From Candidatus Iainarchaeum sp. (GTDB lineage Archaea > Iainarchaeota > Iainarchaeia > Iainarchaeales > JAAZKV01): a stretch of 64,000 nucleotides of DNA. Positions within the stretch are counted from its first letter, which is position 1, and each line of letters starts with the position of its first letter. Below, piece after piece: positions 18,121 through 28,567 of this stretch. A program made the position numbers and the translations under genes. The notes below the pieces were generated by a model, which had not been told where the DNA came from, ran no database searches, and saw only the letters and a program-made list of their open reading frames with translations. The stretch covers positions 64,977-128,976 of the forward strand of contig JAPLVR010000006.1 in assembly GCA_026397015.1 (NCBI GenBank), written 5' to 3'.

Positions 18121-19092
18121 TTATTTTTCAGCGGCCCTTGCTTTTTTGACCGCACTGTCAACATAGTCCTTCAAAACCCGCTGATAATCCGCAGTCATCT
18201 TTTTCATTGCACGGGCCTCTTTCGGAGGCAACTCTTCAGCCATGTTTGCAAAAGAAGCGGCGAGCTTTGAAAACTCCGCTGGAAAGAAAACCCTTGAACC
18301 CTTTCCCTTCGCCATGCTCTCAATCGCCTGAATATAATAATATGCAAGCGCCTTGTCGTCCAAACCCGCTGCGGCTTCTTTTACCGCCTGAATTTCAGCT
18401 TTGTGTGCCAAAGCTCTTTCCATTCTTGCCAGCTTCTCTTGGACGGCGGCCTTTTCCGCGTGCATCGCGTCCAAAACAACATCCGGAATCTGCACATCCT
18501 TTATTTCAACTGAATCAATCGATATTCCCCAGTCCTTCGAAATTTCTTCCAAATTTATCTTTATCTGCTTATTGATTTCCTCAATATTTGAAAGGACATC
18601 GCTTAAAGGCAGAGCACCTAAAACATCACGCAACGAAGAAACAACATAAAGCTGGACCGCGCCGACATAATCCTTTACCTCGACCACCGCATTAACCACG
18701 CTCTGGCTGTCCTTCTTTATGCGCATATAAATTACCGCATCAACAGTCAGTTCTATCGAATCCTTCGTTACCACTTCCTGTTTCGGAACATCAATTGCCT
18801 GAACCCTTAAATCAACCTTTGTGTAGCTTTCTATCACCGGCCAGATGAATGCCCACCCGGGACCGCCCACGCGATGCACTTTTCCAAACCTGAAAATCAC
18901 CGCCCTTTCATAATCAACCAGTTGAAGCACGAAATCGTATCTCCAAATAATGTACAGGAAAAAAATAAGCAGCAGTGCCCATACAATATTTTGAATCAAA
19001 AATTCCCTGTATGCTACGAGCGCGAACAAAAAGGCAATTATAACCGCTATTATCCCAATAAAAATAACATACTTAAAATTCGATTCAGCCAT
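18121..19092 (-). CDS. SPFH/band-7 (stomatin/prohibitin-like) membrane protein
   Basis: N-terminal TM region, then RAVIFRFGKVHRVGGPGWAFIWPVIE...VDLRVQAIDVPKQEVVTKDSIELTVDAVIYMRI. Confidence 0.85.
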   Translation of the reverse strand: MAESNFKYVIFIGIIAVIIAFLFALVAYREFLIQNIVWALLLIFFLYIIWRYDFVLQLVDYERAVIFRFGKVHRVGGPGWAFIWPVIESYTKVDLRVQAIDVPKQEVVTKDSIELTVDAVIYMRIKKDSQSVVNAVVEVKDYVGAVQLYVVSSLRDVLGALPLSDVLSNIEEINKQIKINLEEISKDWGISIDSVEIKDVQIPDVVLDAMHAEKAAVQEKLARMERALAHKAEIQAVKEAAAGLDDKALAYYYIQAIESMAKGKGSRVFFPAEFSKLAASFANMAEELPPKEARAMKKMTADYQRVLKDYVDSAVKKARAAEK

Positions 19093-19192
19093 CCAAACAC
19101 CATTAAGAGCAAAAAGCTATACTAAATAATTGACACTTTATATATATAAGTGTTTCTCAACAACCAATAATTATACGTTGAAAAGTGGTCAA

Positions 19193-20419
19193 ATGAAGAA
19201 AATGATTTTCGTCGTATGCGTTGACAGGGACAACGACCTGGGCAGAAAAGCGAAAATAAGGGGCCCCGTAGTAGGAAAAGAAGCCAACCTTAACGCGGCA
19301 ATAAAACTTGCACTGGCGGATCCGACCGAGAGCGACGCAAACACAATTTTCGCCGCAATAAAAAAACTTGAAGAGGCGAAAAAAGAATATGACCACGTCG
19401 AAATTGTTACCATTACCGGTTATGGAAAGACGGGCTTGAAATCGGACAAGGAAATAAGCGCACAACTTGACAAACTCCAAAAAAAATACTTCATAAGCGG
19501 GTGGATTGTTGTTACGGACGGAATGGAAGACGCACAGGTGTTTCCGCTCCTGCAGTCAAGGGCAAAAATAGTTTCGACAGAAGAAGTGATAATAAAGCAG
19601 GCACAGGCGGTTGAATCGACTTTTTACACAATAAAGGAAGCGCTCAAAGACCCCGGGGTTGCAAGGATGGCATTCGGAATACCGGGGTTAATACTTGTGC
19701 TTGTAGGGGGAATGATTGCATTTGGCCAGTTTTCAATTCAAATAATTTCATTGGTTCTCGGCGCATACCTGCTGCTAAAGGGCTTCGGCATAGAAGAAAA
19801 AATAATCGGTTTCTTCAACGAAGTTTCCTCAAGCTTGTCCGAACAAAGGGGAAGCGTTCTTCTTTACATGGGCGCAATCTTCATCCTTTTATTTTGGCTA
19901 TGGGCGATTTACTGGCAATTCATAACATCGGATTATCTCGAAACCGGGCTCAGCGTCGCCTCGGCAGTACGCACAACGCTTCCGATGTTAACCCTTGCGA
20001 TGCTGTTAATCGGGGCTGGAAAGGCCGTTGACTGCATGCACCTGAAAAAAGCTTACCTACTTGGAAAATATTTTACGTGGATGATTTCAATAGTTTTGCT
20101 TTGGTCAATAGTTGACGCAGGAACAGCGGTTTTCCTAAGGCAAACAAACCTCGACTGGTTCTTAACAGTAATAATGATAAGCCTTGTTGTGCTGGTAGTT
20201 GCAATGAAACTCGGCGCAATATTCGACATCCGCGGAAAAATTACGAAACTTTTCATAGGCACGAATGTTATGGATGAGGATGGAAACATACTCGGAAAGG
20301 TAACCCTGATAGACGGAAAAAAACAGAGCATAACTTTTGTCAATGCGAAAAAAAAAGAAATAGAAAAACCCAGAAAAGAATTCGACCTAAAACAGGGAAA
20401 AATAATTTTAAACGCTTAA
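19193..20419 (+). CDS. DUF373-family archaeal membrane protein
   Basis: I place the start at [50 protein letters not shown], a soluble N-domain typical of DUF373, followed by a multi-pass membrane domain. Confidence 0.6.
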   Translation: MKKMIFVVCVDRDNDLGRKAKIRGPVVGKEANLNAAIKLALADPTESDANTIFAAIKKLEEAKKEYDHVEIVTITGYGKTGLKSDKEISAQLDKLQKKYFISGWIVVTDGMEDAQVFPLLQSRAKIVSTEEVIIKQAQAVESTFYTIKEALKDPGVARMAFGIPGLILVLVGGMIAFGQFSIQIISLVLGAYLLLKGFGIEEKIIGFFNEVSSSLSEQRGSVLLYMGAIFILLFWLWAIYWQFITSDYLETGLSVASAVRTTLPMLTLAMLLIGAGKAVDCMHLKKAYLLGKYFTWMISIVLLWSIVDAGTAVFLRQTNLDWFLTVIMISLVVLVVAMKLGAIFDIRGKITKLFIGTNVMDEDGNILGKVTLIDGKKQSITFVNAKKKEIEKPRKEFDLKQGKIILNA

Positions 20420-22425
20420 ATTGCTTTTGCGCCGGTTTTCTTAATCACTGCGGTCTTCTGTGCGGAGGCGGAAATAATGCCGTCAAGTATTTTCAGCAAA
20501 TTATTCCTTTTCGCACCGCTTTCAAATGCAACCTTCAAAACCTCTGAAAGGTTCGAAACGGGGATGATTTTTATTTTTGCGAGCTCTTCTTTTGAAATAA
20601 CTATGTCGCGCATATTCGCCCTTGGAATGATAACTTCCTTAAAGCCGGCGTGAATCGCGGCGACAATTTTTGAAGAAATACCGCCGACTGGAAGCACTTC
20701 GCCGCGGACACTCAAAGAACCTGTCATAGCAAGCTCCTGCCTCACTGGAATCTTTTCAATTGCGGAAATAACTGCAGTCGCTATCGAAACCGAAGCCGAA
20801 TCGCCTTCAACCCCCTCGTATGTCTGGAGGAACTGGATGTGCATGTCCTGGGTCGAAAATGTTGTGCCGGAAATCTTTTTGAAAAGAACCGAAACATTCT
20901 GCACCGCTTCCTTTGCAATCTCGCCAAGCTTTCCGGTTGCGATGACTCTTCCTTCGCTCTTGCTGCTTGAGGGCGCGACCGCGGCTTCAATCGGAATTAT
21001 GCTGCCGGCACTTCCGTCGCCGAAAACCGCCAAACCGTTAACGCGCCCTACTACACTTCCTTTTGTAAGATAAACTTCGTAATCCCTCTTCATCTCAATA
21101 GCCTTGTCAACCATTTGTCTCTCAAGCGTTTTTGAAGAAAGCTTTGCCTCGTAAACATCCTCGCGAACAACCAGTGAATGCCCTTTTTCCCTTGCGACAT
21201 CTCCTGAGGCTCTGACAAGCCCTCCGAGGTCGCGAAGTTTTAGCGTGAGTTTTCCTTTTCTTTCCGCCCTTCTCCTCGCCTCAAAAATTATTTCATCAAC
21301 CGCGCCCCTGTCAAAATGAGGAATTTTTTTATCCTTCACTACTTCCTGTGCGACAAACTGCGCCAGCCTGTACCTGTTTTCATCGTTATCATCCATGTCA
21401 AGATTCATGTAAAGTTCATAACCGTAACCCCTCACCCTTGACCTCAATGCCGGGTGAACCTTCATCAAATCATCATAGCCGCCCGCTGCAACCAAAACAA
21501 AGTCGCATGGCACTGGGTCGGTTCGCGTCATCGCACCGCTTGAGTTTTCACTCTGACCCGTAATCGGATATTTTTTTTCCTGCATTGCGGAAAGTAATTC
21601 CTGCTGGGATTTATAAGAAAGGGTTGCGATTTCATCAAGGAACAGGACACCGCCGGAAGCGCGGTGAATGTAGCCCGGTTCGACACGCAAGTGTGCCGGT
21701 GTTCCAAGACCGCCGGATTGCAACGGGTCATGACGAACGTCGCCGAGCAACGCCCCTGCTCTGCTCCCAGTCGCCTCAAAAAAAGGCGCGGTCTTTTTAC
21801 CGAGATTATTTATCAAAAGCTTTGGCGCAACAACATTTTCCTTGCCGCGCATTTGGCTGCCAACAGAAAGACCGACCAGCAAAAATGCGCCGATCAAAAG
21901 CAGCGCCGCAAAAATAATGTCGGAATACCACTTCAACTGCCACAAAATGCTCGCAATAATCATCCAGCCGAGCGGAAGGATGAATGAAACCATTCGCATT
22001 GAATCGGAAGCGCGCTTCCCATCAAGAGACGCCTCGTCAAGAATTTTTTTTCCGTCGCCCGCTTTTACTACGCGCACCTTCGGATTATTCTGGTCCTCTT
22101 CATTCGGATAAATCAAAACATCTTCAAGCTTCTGCACCGGAAGGATTTCCGACATCGCCTGCGCAAGCAATGACTTGCCGGTGCCTGGCAAACCGACCAA
22201 AAGAACATTTCTTTTTTGCGCCGCGGCCTTTCTTACAATTTTTACGCTGTCATCCTGCCCTATTATCTGGTCAATAAGCCTTTTTGGAACGACAATCTCG
22301 GAAGTGTCTTCATACGCAAAAGTTTTTTGGATACCACTTTCGCCGGCCGCAGGCGCCGACTGCTTCGCCGCTTTTTTCGCGCCTAGCCCCGGCTTTTTCT
22401 TGAGCTTCAAATTCTTGGAGGGCAT
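20416..22425 (-). CDS. lonB: archaeal membrane-bound Lon protease (LonB)
   Basis: Walker [14 protein letters not shown]. Two TM helices are inserted in the AAA+ domain ([32 protein letters not shown]). Protease domain has [15 protein letters not shown]. Confidence 0.9.
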   Translation of the reverse strand: MPSKNLKLKKKPGLGAKKAAKQSAPAAGESGIQKTFAYEDTSEIVVPKRLIDQIIGQDDSVKIVRKAAAQKRNVLLVGLPGTGKSLLAQAMSEILPVQKLEDVLIYPNEEDQNNPKVRVVKAGDGKKILDEASLDGKRASDSMRMVSFILPLGWMIIASILWQLKWYSDIIFAALLLIGAFLLVGLSVGSQMRGKENVVAPKLLINNLGKKTAPFFEATGSRAGALLGDVRHDPLQSGGLGTPAHLRVEPGYIHRASGGVLFLDEIATLSYKSQQELLSAMQEKKYPITGQSENSSGAMTRTDPVPCDFVLVAAGGYDDLMKVHPALRSRVRGYGYELYMNLDMDDNDENRYRLAQFVAQEVVKDKKIPHFDRGAVDEIIFEARRRAERKGKLTLKLRDLGGLVRASGDVAREKGHSLVVREDVYEAKLSSKTLERQMVDKAIEMKRDYEVYLTKGSVVGRVNGLAVFGDGSAGSIIPIEAAVAPSSSKSEGRVIATGKLGEIAKEAVQNVSVLFKKISGTTFSTQDMHIQFLQTYEGVEGDSASVSIATAVISAIEKIPVRQELAMTGSLSVRGEVLPVGGISSKIVAAIHAGFKEVIIPRANMRDIVISKEELAKIKIIPVSNLSEVLKVAFESGAKRNNLLKILDGIISASAQKTAVIKKTGAKAI

Positions 22426-22551
22426 ACAAGTAGTTTCACGATAAAAGGGTTAAAAATGTTGTGAAATGATTTGGCGCCACGGCATCACGGAATAAAAAGT
22501 GCAAAGCGGAGAAAGAAAAACTATTTAAAATCAAGGTTCTCTAATTGGTTC

Positions 22552-23460
22552 ATGGAACCGATAAAAATCACTTTTTTGGGCACTTCCGGTTCGACCCCTC
22601 AAAAGGAAAGAAATTTCGCAAGCGTCCTCCTTTCGTTCAGGGGCGACAATCTGTTATTTGACTGCCCCGAAGGAACACAAAAACAGCTCATGCTTTCCGA
22701 ACACTCACTCATGAAAATACAAAATGTTTTCATCTCGCATATGCATGCCGACCATTTTCTTGGCCTGTTTGGGTGGATTGCGACAATGACATTAAATCAG
22801 AGAAAGGAAAAGCTCGTGATATTCGCGCCTCGGGGCGGGGCGGAAAAAATAAAAAAAATGCTGCACGAAGTTGTCCGGCCGTGTTTTGAAGTGGAATACA
22901 AAGAAATAAAACGCGGAAAAATTCTTGAAACCAAGTTTTTTGAAGTGAACGCATTTCCGCTGAAACATGACGTTCGGTGCCACGGTTTCGTTTTCAAGGA
23001 AAACGACAAGGAAGGAACCTTTGACAGAAAAAGGGCCGAAAAACTCGGCATCCCGCCCGGGCCGCTATACTCAAGGCTTGTTGCGGGGGAAAAAATAAAA
23101 ATAAACGGAAAAACATTTTCACAAAAAGATGTCATGGATTATTCCCGGAAAAGAAGCGGACGAAAAATAGCCATAGTTTCCGACACGAGGCCTGTAAAGG
23201 AAACTGTTGCGCAGGCAAAGGGGGCGGATGTCCTGATTCACGAAGCCACTTTTATCGAAGAGCAGAAGGAAAAGGCGCTGGAAAGCCTGCACAGCACAGC
23301 ATTCGAAGCCGGGGAAATCGCGAAGAAAGCAAAAGTGAAACAACTCGTATTATTCCACCTGAGCGCAAGAAATGCGGATGAAAAAAAAATATTTGAGGAT
23401 GCAAAGAAAGCATTTGGAAAAACAATAGTTGCAAAAGACCTTGAAACAATTTCAATCTGA
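22552..23460 (+). CDS. rnz: ribonuclease Z
   Basis: I place the start at MEPIKITFLGTSGS. Contains HMHADHFLGL (HxHxDH), a C-terminal HLS motif, and has the typical 302-aa length. Confidence 0.85.
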   Translation: MEPIKITFLGTSGSTPQKERNFASVLLSFRGDNLLFDCPEGTQKQLMLSEHSLMKIQNVFISHMHADHFLGLFGWIATMTLNQRKEKLVIFAPRGGAEKIKKMLHEVVRPCFEVEYKEIKRGKILETKFFEVNAFPLKHDVRCHGFVFKENDKEGTFDRKRAEKLGIPPGPLYSRLVAGEKIKINGKTFSQKDVMDYSRKRSGRKIAIVSDTRPVKETVAQAKGADVLIHEATFIEEQKEKALESLHSTAFEAGEIAKKAKVKQLVLFHLSARNADEKKIFEDAKKAFGKTIVAKDLETISI

Positions 23461-23498
23461 AAAAATTTTGGCTGTGCAGCGTAAAAAATTTTATTTCT

Positions 23499-23557
23499 TT
23501 TTTTCAACTTCGGTCTCGTTTTTCAACTTCGACTTCATTTTTCAACTTCGGTCTCAT
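23499..23557. repeat. three tandem 19-20-bp direct repeats
   Basis: TTTTTCAACTTCGGTCTCG / TTTTTCAACTTCGACTTCA / TTTTTCAACTTCGGTCTCA. The third copy encodes the last residues (ETEVEK) of the 23535..24095 ORF. Confidence 0.6.
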
Positions 23558-24095
23558 TTGCCTGGAGCTCTTCAAAAAGCCTTCCTCTGTGAGATTCTTC
23601 GACGAGGCGCAAAAGGTCAGCCTCTTTCTTTATCAGTTCTTTTTCTTTGGAAGTCATGAGCCTTTCAAAAACCTCTTCCCTAATTTCATGCTTCAAAAGT
23701 TTGGATTCAAGCATGCTCATCTCGCGCCTCAGAACTTCAGTTTCCTTAAGCATGGCTGTTATTTTTATTTTTGTTCTCTTCGGCGGCTTTGGAATCCTTG
23801 CCAGAATCTCTTCAGCCTTTTTTTGGACGGAGGGGGCAACAGGCCTGTTCAGCACCGCCCTTCCAAGCTCATAAGAAACCAGGTCCGATTCGAATCCTTC
23901 AACGAGAGAATTGAAAACGCCCTTTGAAATTTTTCTCTGAAGAAATTTTTTCTCTGCAATCCTCAATCTTGATTTGGTGAGGGAAATATTTTTCTCAAGC
24001 TCTGCGACCGCAAAATTTCCGGCGGAAACCACAAAATAAACCCAGAGGATAATAAGCAAGATTACAAAAACTACAAGAACGACAACTTCAAGCAT
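23535..24095 (-). CDS. hypothetical membrane-anchored coiled-coil protein
   Basis: 186 aa with an N-terminal TM helix (VVVLVVFVILLIILWVYFVV), then heptad-like K/E-rich sequence. Confidence 0.5.
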   Translation of the reverse strand: MLEVVVLVVFVILLIILWVYFVVSAGNFAVAELEKNISLTKSRLRIAEKKFLQRKISKGVFNSLVEGFESDLVSYELGRAVLNRPVAPSVQKKAEEILARIPKPPKRTKIKITAMLKETEVLRREMSMLESKLLKHEIREEVFERLMTSKEKELIKKEADLLRLVEESHRGRLFEELQANETEVEK

Positions 24096-24178
24096 GCCAC
24101 AATTACCGTTTTGGGGAATTTATTTCTTTCCTTTCGACAAAAAATGCGAAAAAAGTCGTTTCGCCCCTGTCCGCCAAA

Positions 24179-24295
24179 CTACCTGAAATATTTCATTTGC
24201 TCTTTCTCGCTTTCCTTCTGTTTGAAGGCAAAGTGGCTGAATGCAAACAAAACAATCGCGATTACTATCGCCGCAAGAATCCACATGAAAATCAT
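24179..24295 (-). CDS. possible 38-aa single-TM micro-protein (below track cutoff)
   Basis: My own translation: MIFMWILAAIVIAIVLFAFSHFAFKQKESEKEQMKYFR. It lies 31 nt downstream of the MBL-fold gene on the same strand. No clear SD. Confidence 0.25.
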   Translation of the reverse strand: MIFMWILAAIVIAIVLFAFSHFAFKQKESEKEQMKYFR

Positions 24296-24326
24296 TTTTA
24301 TCGCTCCGAAATTTAGGCTATCATCT

Positions 24327-25010
24327 TCAGACTCTTATTGTTTCCCCTGGCGAAAGCACTATCGGCCTTGTTTTAATAAGGCTTTTTTCTATACGTTTTT
24401 TAAAATCTTTTGGATCGGCCCTTGTCGGTTCGAATGTGTTATACTGCATCGGAACAACTATTCTTGGCTTTATCATTTTAGTCGCCCGAACAGCATCGAC
24501 CACATCCATTGTGTGTTTTCCTCCGATTGGGAGCAGAGCCACATCCGCCCTGGTTTCGCTGAAATTTTCAAGAAGGGCAGTTACGCCCGCGTGATAAATT
24601 TTTGTATTATCCAAATCAACTATGAAACCCATCGGATAAAAACTTTTTGGGTAATGCGCTATCGCGGTTTTTATTTTTGCACCCCGCAAAAAAATTTCCG
24701 AATTTGAAGAAATCGGAAGCTTCATGTTGCGCGGCAGGTTCAGCTGCTTCAGCACAACATCATGCGCGACAACTGTTGCGTTGCTGGCGGTTGCAATTTC
24801 CTCAACGGCGCGCCTGTCAAAATGCTCTGGCGTCTCATTCGTCAAAAGCAAAAAAGACACATTCTTCAAATCCTTCGGCTTAACAGGAAAACTTGCAATC
24901 CTCTTCAAATCTGTTTTTGTCGAATCAAAGACAGGATCTATTATTACATTGCCTGCCTTGCCGCCTATCCTAAAAAATGAGTGGCCAAAATACTGCAACT
25001 CAACCATCAA
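24327..25010 (-). CDS. metallo-beta-lactamase-fold hydrolase (UPF0173-like)
   Basis: N-terminal VELQYFGHSFFRI...IIDPVF, YHAGVTALL and GGKHTMD are typical of the UPF0173 MBL-fold family. Confidence 0.7.
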   Translation of the reverse strand: MMVELQYFGHSFFRIGGKAGNVIIDPVFDSTKTDLKRIASFPVKPKDLKNVSFLLLTNETPEHFDRRAVEEIATASNATVVAHDVVLKQLNLPRNMKLPISSNSEIFLRGAKIKTAIAHYPKSFYPMGFIVDLDNTKIYHAGVTALLENFSETRADVALLPIGGKHTMDVVDAVRATKMIKPRIVVPMQYNTFEPTRADPKDFKKRIEKSLIKTRPIVLSPGETIRV

Positions 25011-25149
25011 ACAACCCCTCTTTCCCGACGTGCTACAAATTGTATCACAAAAGAGAATTTAAAGCCGCCCTATGCATAACGAATTTTGTGGCAAGTTTGG
25101 AGGCTCTGCAAAAAGGTTATAATACTTAAACAATAAATAGTATTGCGGT

Positions 25150-25947
25150 ATGAGAAAAGCATTTGCCGGTTTTTTTGCGCTGATTTTGCTGATGATTTTG
25201 GCGCCCGCGCACGCCCAGGAATATGAGATAACACTGCATGAGGTCCATCTGCAGGTGAATACAGAGGGGAATGCAAAGTCCGTTGAAAGGTTTTACCTGA
25301 CTTTTCCGAATGATACGGAAAGAGCATTGTTTAGAAACATGAGCATAAAACTCGGTTCTGACATGGAGCAGTGGCTACAGTTCAATACTAAGTTTCAGCC
25401 GAACATAAAAAATCCGAACACGAAAACCGGAAATCTTTCGGACAAAAAAATTTCCTACAACGAAGGCGAGCAAACCTACCTCGAAATAAGTTATTCTCTT
25501 AGCGACCCGTTAATGGCAAAAAGAAAAGAAACTCCCACAGGCACTGAATTTGAATTAAAAGCGGTTTTCCTGAACAACTTTTTTGAATTCGGGTTATGGG
25601 TTATTCCGGACAAAACTAAAATAACTATTGAACTGCCACTGGATGCCGAAGTCAGGCAGCCTGTTGAACCGTCTGCAACAGTGAGCCAAATCGGCTCAAA
25701 AAAAGTCGTGCAATGGCAGGGATACAAGAGCGGAAACAACCTTGAATTGAAATATGTTTTGTGGAAACAGATTGCGCTTGATTTTAATTTATTTTCAGCA
25801 ATAAGTTCGCTCTTCTTTACCCCGACTGGGCTCGCGGCGCTTGCAATACTGATTGTGATTTTGGCGGTTATTTTCATTTCAAGAAAAAAAATAATCAAAA
25901 AAATAGAAGACTTTGTTGCAAATAATTCAAAACTGGAAGAAGATTAG
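25150..25947 (+). CDS. secreted, C-terminally membrane-anchored hypothetical protein
   Basis: Signal peptide MRKAFAGFFALILLMILAPAHA|QE. C-terminal TM helix GLAALAILIVILAVIFI followed by SRKKIIKK. Confidence 0.55.
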   Translation: MRKAFAGFFALILLMILAPAHAQEYEITLHEVHLQVNTEGNAKSVERFYLTFPNDTERALFRNMSIKLGSDMEQWLQFNTKFQPNIKNPNTKTGNLSDKKISYNEGEQTYLEISYSLSDPLMAKRKETPTGTEFELKAVFLNNFFEFGLWVIPDKTKITIELPLDAEVRQPVEPSATVSQIGSKKVVQWQGYKSGNNLELKYVLWKQIALDFNLFSAISSLFFTPTGLAALAILIVILAVIFISRKKIIKKIEDFVANNSKLEED

Positions 25948-26003
25948 GGAAATGAAAAAATCTAAAAATAAAAGGAAAAAAGTGAATCGCAAAAAAATCC
26001 GAA

Positions 26004-27326
26004 TTAAGAGATTTGTAACTGCCCTGGATGAGATTTCTGAACTATTACTTCTTTTGAAATTTTTTCGGCATTTTCAATAAGGCCCTTGACTTTTTTTGTG
26101 TCTTTTTTTGTCGAAAGCAAATTGGCCAGCTCTTTGCCATCAAAATCAAAAAAATAAACCATGGAAGGCGCGGCATCCTTGTCTTCAAGCATTACCTGGA
26201 TAAACGGAATATCCTTCATCGCCTGCCTGCGTGAACAATGCATCTTTTTTCCTATTTTTGACGCAATGCCCTTTCTAATTTCTCTGTTCGAGGTCGTGGC
26301 TGAAAGGGAACCGATCAAACTTGGAAACTGAAAAGGAACCCAGCCGTAATATTCTTTTTGCCTTGAAAGGCCAACACCTGCGGTCGCAAGAAGACTTGAA
26401 TACCTTAAGAAACCGTAATTTTGGCGCCTGAAAATCCTTCCGTTAAAAACATCCGCCCTGCTTAACTTATCAAATGCAATCGCCGAATCTTTTGCATCAA
26501 ACTGCCGCGGAATATTTTCTTCTACCCATCGGAAAAGCATCTCGCCGGAAACCTCCGAATCAAATGTCGCGTCCTGAATTTCTTTCAAATTTTTTCCCTT
26601 AAATATTTTTGTCATAATCGAAAAAATCTTTTCCTTTCTTTGGCGCGGAAAAAGCGCTCTGACCGCCTCCATTGTAACGTTGGGCGCAATGCTCTCCAAA
26701 TCTATTATGGCGCTTCTGAAATCGCCGCCCGAATTTTTCGCCAACTCCTTCACCGCTTCTTCATCGAACTCTATTCCTTCAAGAGTCGCAATTTCCCTCA
26801 GCCTCTTCGCGATGCTAAAATAATTTATTTTCTTGAATTCTTTCAGCTCTGCAAGGGTTCTCAGCGGAACAAGTTTTCTCTCGCCGTAAATGCCGTTCGC
26901 GGTGAGAATAATCGGATTGCTGGAATCTTTTATAAGATTCATTATCGCTTCCGCGCCGCCCCTGTCAGCCGATTGCAGGCCGTCTACCTCGTCAATCAAA
27001 ATTAACCTTCTTCCGCCAAAAAGAGAGGCGTTTGCAACAGCCGCCCCCATCACCCTTTCAATTTCTTCTTTTGACCTCAAATTCGACGCGTTCGTTTCGA
27101 AAAGCTGCCATCCGAACTGTTTTGCAATCAAAACCGCGAGAGCTGTTTTCCCCGCCCCCGTTTGGCCGAAAAAAAGAAGAGGTTTCTGCTTTTTTCCGTC
27201 GTTCCAACCCTGCGCCCAATTTTTCGCAGAATCGACTATTTCGGAGTTACCGATGAATTCCTCAAAATTTTTTGGAAAGTACTTGTCAACAAGAAGCTGC
27301 GGCATAAACCAATTATCTACCGCCAC
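26004..27326 (-). CDS. rfcL: replication factor C large subunit
   Basis: 440 aa. Contains KYFPKNFEEFIGN, Walker A GQTGAGKTALA, Walker B LILIDEVDGL, and SNPIILTAN. Confidence 0.8.
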   Translation of the reverse strand: MAVDNWFMPQLLVDKYFPKNFEEFIGNSEIVDSAKNWAQGWNDGKKQKPLLFFGQTGAGKTALAVLIAKQFGWQLFETNASNLRSKEEIERVMGAAVANASLFGGRRLILIDEVDGLQSADRGGAEAIMNLIKDSSNPIILTANGIYGERKLVPLRTLAELKEFKKINYFSIAKRLREIATLEGIEFDEEAVKELAKNSGGDFRSAIIDLESIAPNVTMEAVRALFPRQRKEKIFSIMTKIFKGKNLKEIQDATFDSEVSGEMLFRWVEENIPRQFDAKDSAIAFDKLSRADVFNGRIFRRQNYGFLRYSSLLATAGVGLSRQKEYYGWVPFQFPSLIGSLSATTSNREIRKGIASKIGKKMHCSRRQAMKDIPFIQVMLEDKDAAPSMVYFFDFDGKELANLLSTKKDTKKVKGLIENAEKISKEVIVQKSHPGQLQIS

Positions 27327-27364
27327 TAATTTAAATAAAACCCTTACTAATTATTCTTGGTCAT

Positions 27365-28561
27365 ATGCAGATAGGAATCGTTGGAAAACCGTCAAGCGGA
27401 AAAAGCACCTTCTTCAGCGCCGCCACTTTGATTGACGTTGCAATCGCAAATTATCCATTCACAACAATCGAGCCGAACAAGGGAATGGGATTAGTTAGAG
27501 TAGAAGATGCTGGAAAATTTTTTGGAGTGCAAAGCAAACCCCGTTATGGATTTGTGGTCAATGACGTAAGATACGTTCCGATTGAACTGATTGATGTCGC
27601 GGGGCTTGTTCCGGGCGCAAACGAGGGCCGCGGGCTTGGAAACAAATTCCTCAACGATTTAAGCCAGGCCGACGCGCTAATACATGTGATTGATGCCTCC
27701 GGAAGCACAGACGCGGAGGGAAAGGTTGTTGCGGAAGGAAGCCATGACCCGTGCGAAGACGTTTCATTCCTTGAAAAAGAAATTGATTTGTGGTTTTTAA
27801 AAATAATCGAAAATAATCTTCTAAAAATTGCGAGAAATCCTGAAAAAGATTCGCGAAAAAGACTGGCGCTGCTTTCGCAGCACCTTGCCGGCGTAAAAAT
27901 ACTTTCAACTCACGTTGAAAAGGCGCTTAAACAATTGGGGATGGAAGAAAAAAGATTTAATGAGTGGAACGCGGAAGACAAAAAAAATTTTGCGACAAAA
28001 TGCAGAGAACTTAGCAAACCAATAGTTATTGCGGCGAATAAGTGCGACCTTCCATCGGCGGAAAAAAACATTCTGCGGATGAAGGAAAAATTTAAAGGGC
28101 AAATAATTGTGCCGTGCTCGGCTGCGAGCGAGCTTTCACTAAGAAAGGCGGCAAAACAAAAAATTTTGACATACCACCCCGGGCAAAAAAACTTTGAAAT
28201 CGAAGGGCAGATTAATGAGAAGCAGCGCGAAGGGCTTGAAATAATAAAAAAAAATGTTTTGGAAAAATTCGGCGGCACGGGGGTGCAGGAATGCCTCGAC
28301 AAAACAGTTTTCGATTTCCTGAAATACATTGCGGTTTTCCCAGGCGGAACAAAGGGGCTGGAGGACTCGGAGGGGAGGACACTGCCCGATTGCTGGCTCC
28401 TTCCAGAAGGTAGCACCGCCCTTGACTTTGCATTCACAATCCATACTGACATAGGAAAAGGATTCATTCGCGCAATCGATGTGAAAACAAAGCAGGTAAT
28501 AGGAAAGGAGCACAAACTAAAAACGGGCGATGTTATCGAAGTTGTTTTCAAAAAACACTGA
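27365..28561 (+). CDS. Obg-family GTPase/ATPase (YchF/OLA1-like) with C-terminal TGS domain
   Basis: G1 GKPSSGKST, NYPFTTIEPN, G3 DVAGLV, G4 NKCD. The C-terminal KTGDVIEVVF is TGS-like. Confidence 0.85.
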   Translation: MQIGIVGKPSSGKSTFFSAATLIDVAIANYPFTTIEPNKGMGLVRVEDAGKFFGVQSKPRYGFVVNDVRYVPIELIDVAGLVPGANEGRGLGNKFLNDLSQADALIHVIDASGSTDAEGKVVAEGSHDPCEDVSFLEKEIDLWFLKIIENNLLKIARNPEKDSRKRLALLSQHLAGVKILSTHVEKALKQLGMEEKRFNEWNAEDKKNFATKCRELSKPIVIAANKCDLPSAEKNILRMKEKFKGQIIVPCSAASELSLRKAAKQKILTYHPGQKNFEIEGQINEKQREGLEIIKKNVLEKFGGTGVQECLDKTVFDFLKYIAVFPGGTKGLEDSEGRTLPDCWLLPEGSTALDFAFTIHTDIGKGFIRAIDVKTKQVIGKEHKLKTGDVIEVVFKKH

Positions 28562-28567
28562 ATGAAA

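Noticed and set aside
24427-24435. A GGTTCGAAT T-loop-like string, noticed while scanning for tRNAs.
   Set aside because: It lies inside the MBL-fold CDS with no flanking acceptor, D or anticodon stems. I found no tRNA, rRNA or CRISPR repeat array anywhere in the window.
24111-24707. A 198-aa plus-strand ORF overlapping the MBL-fold hydrolase gene.
   Set aside because: Most of it is antisense to a well-supported CDS, the composition is Cys/Phe/Arg-rich, and there is no motif or initiation signal.
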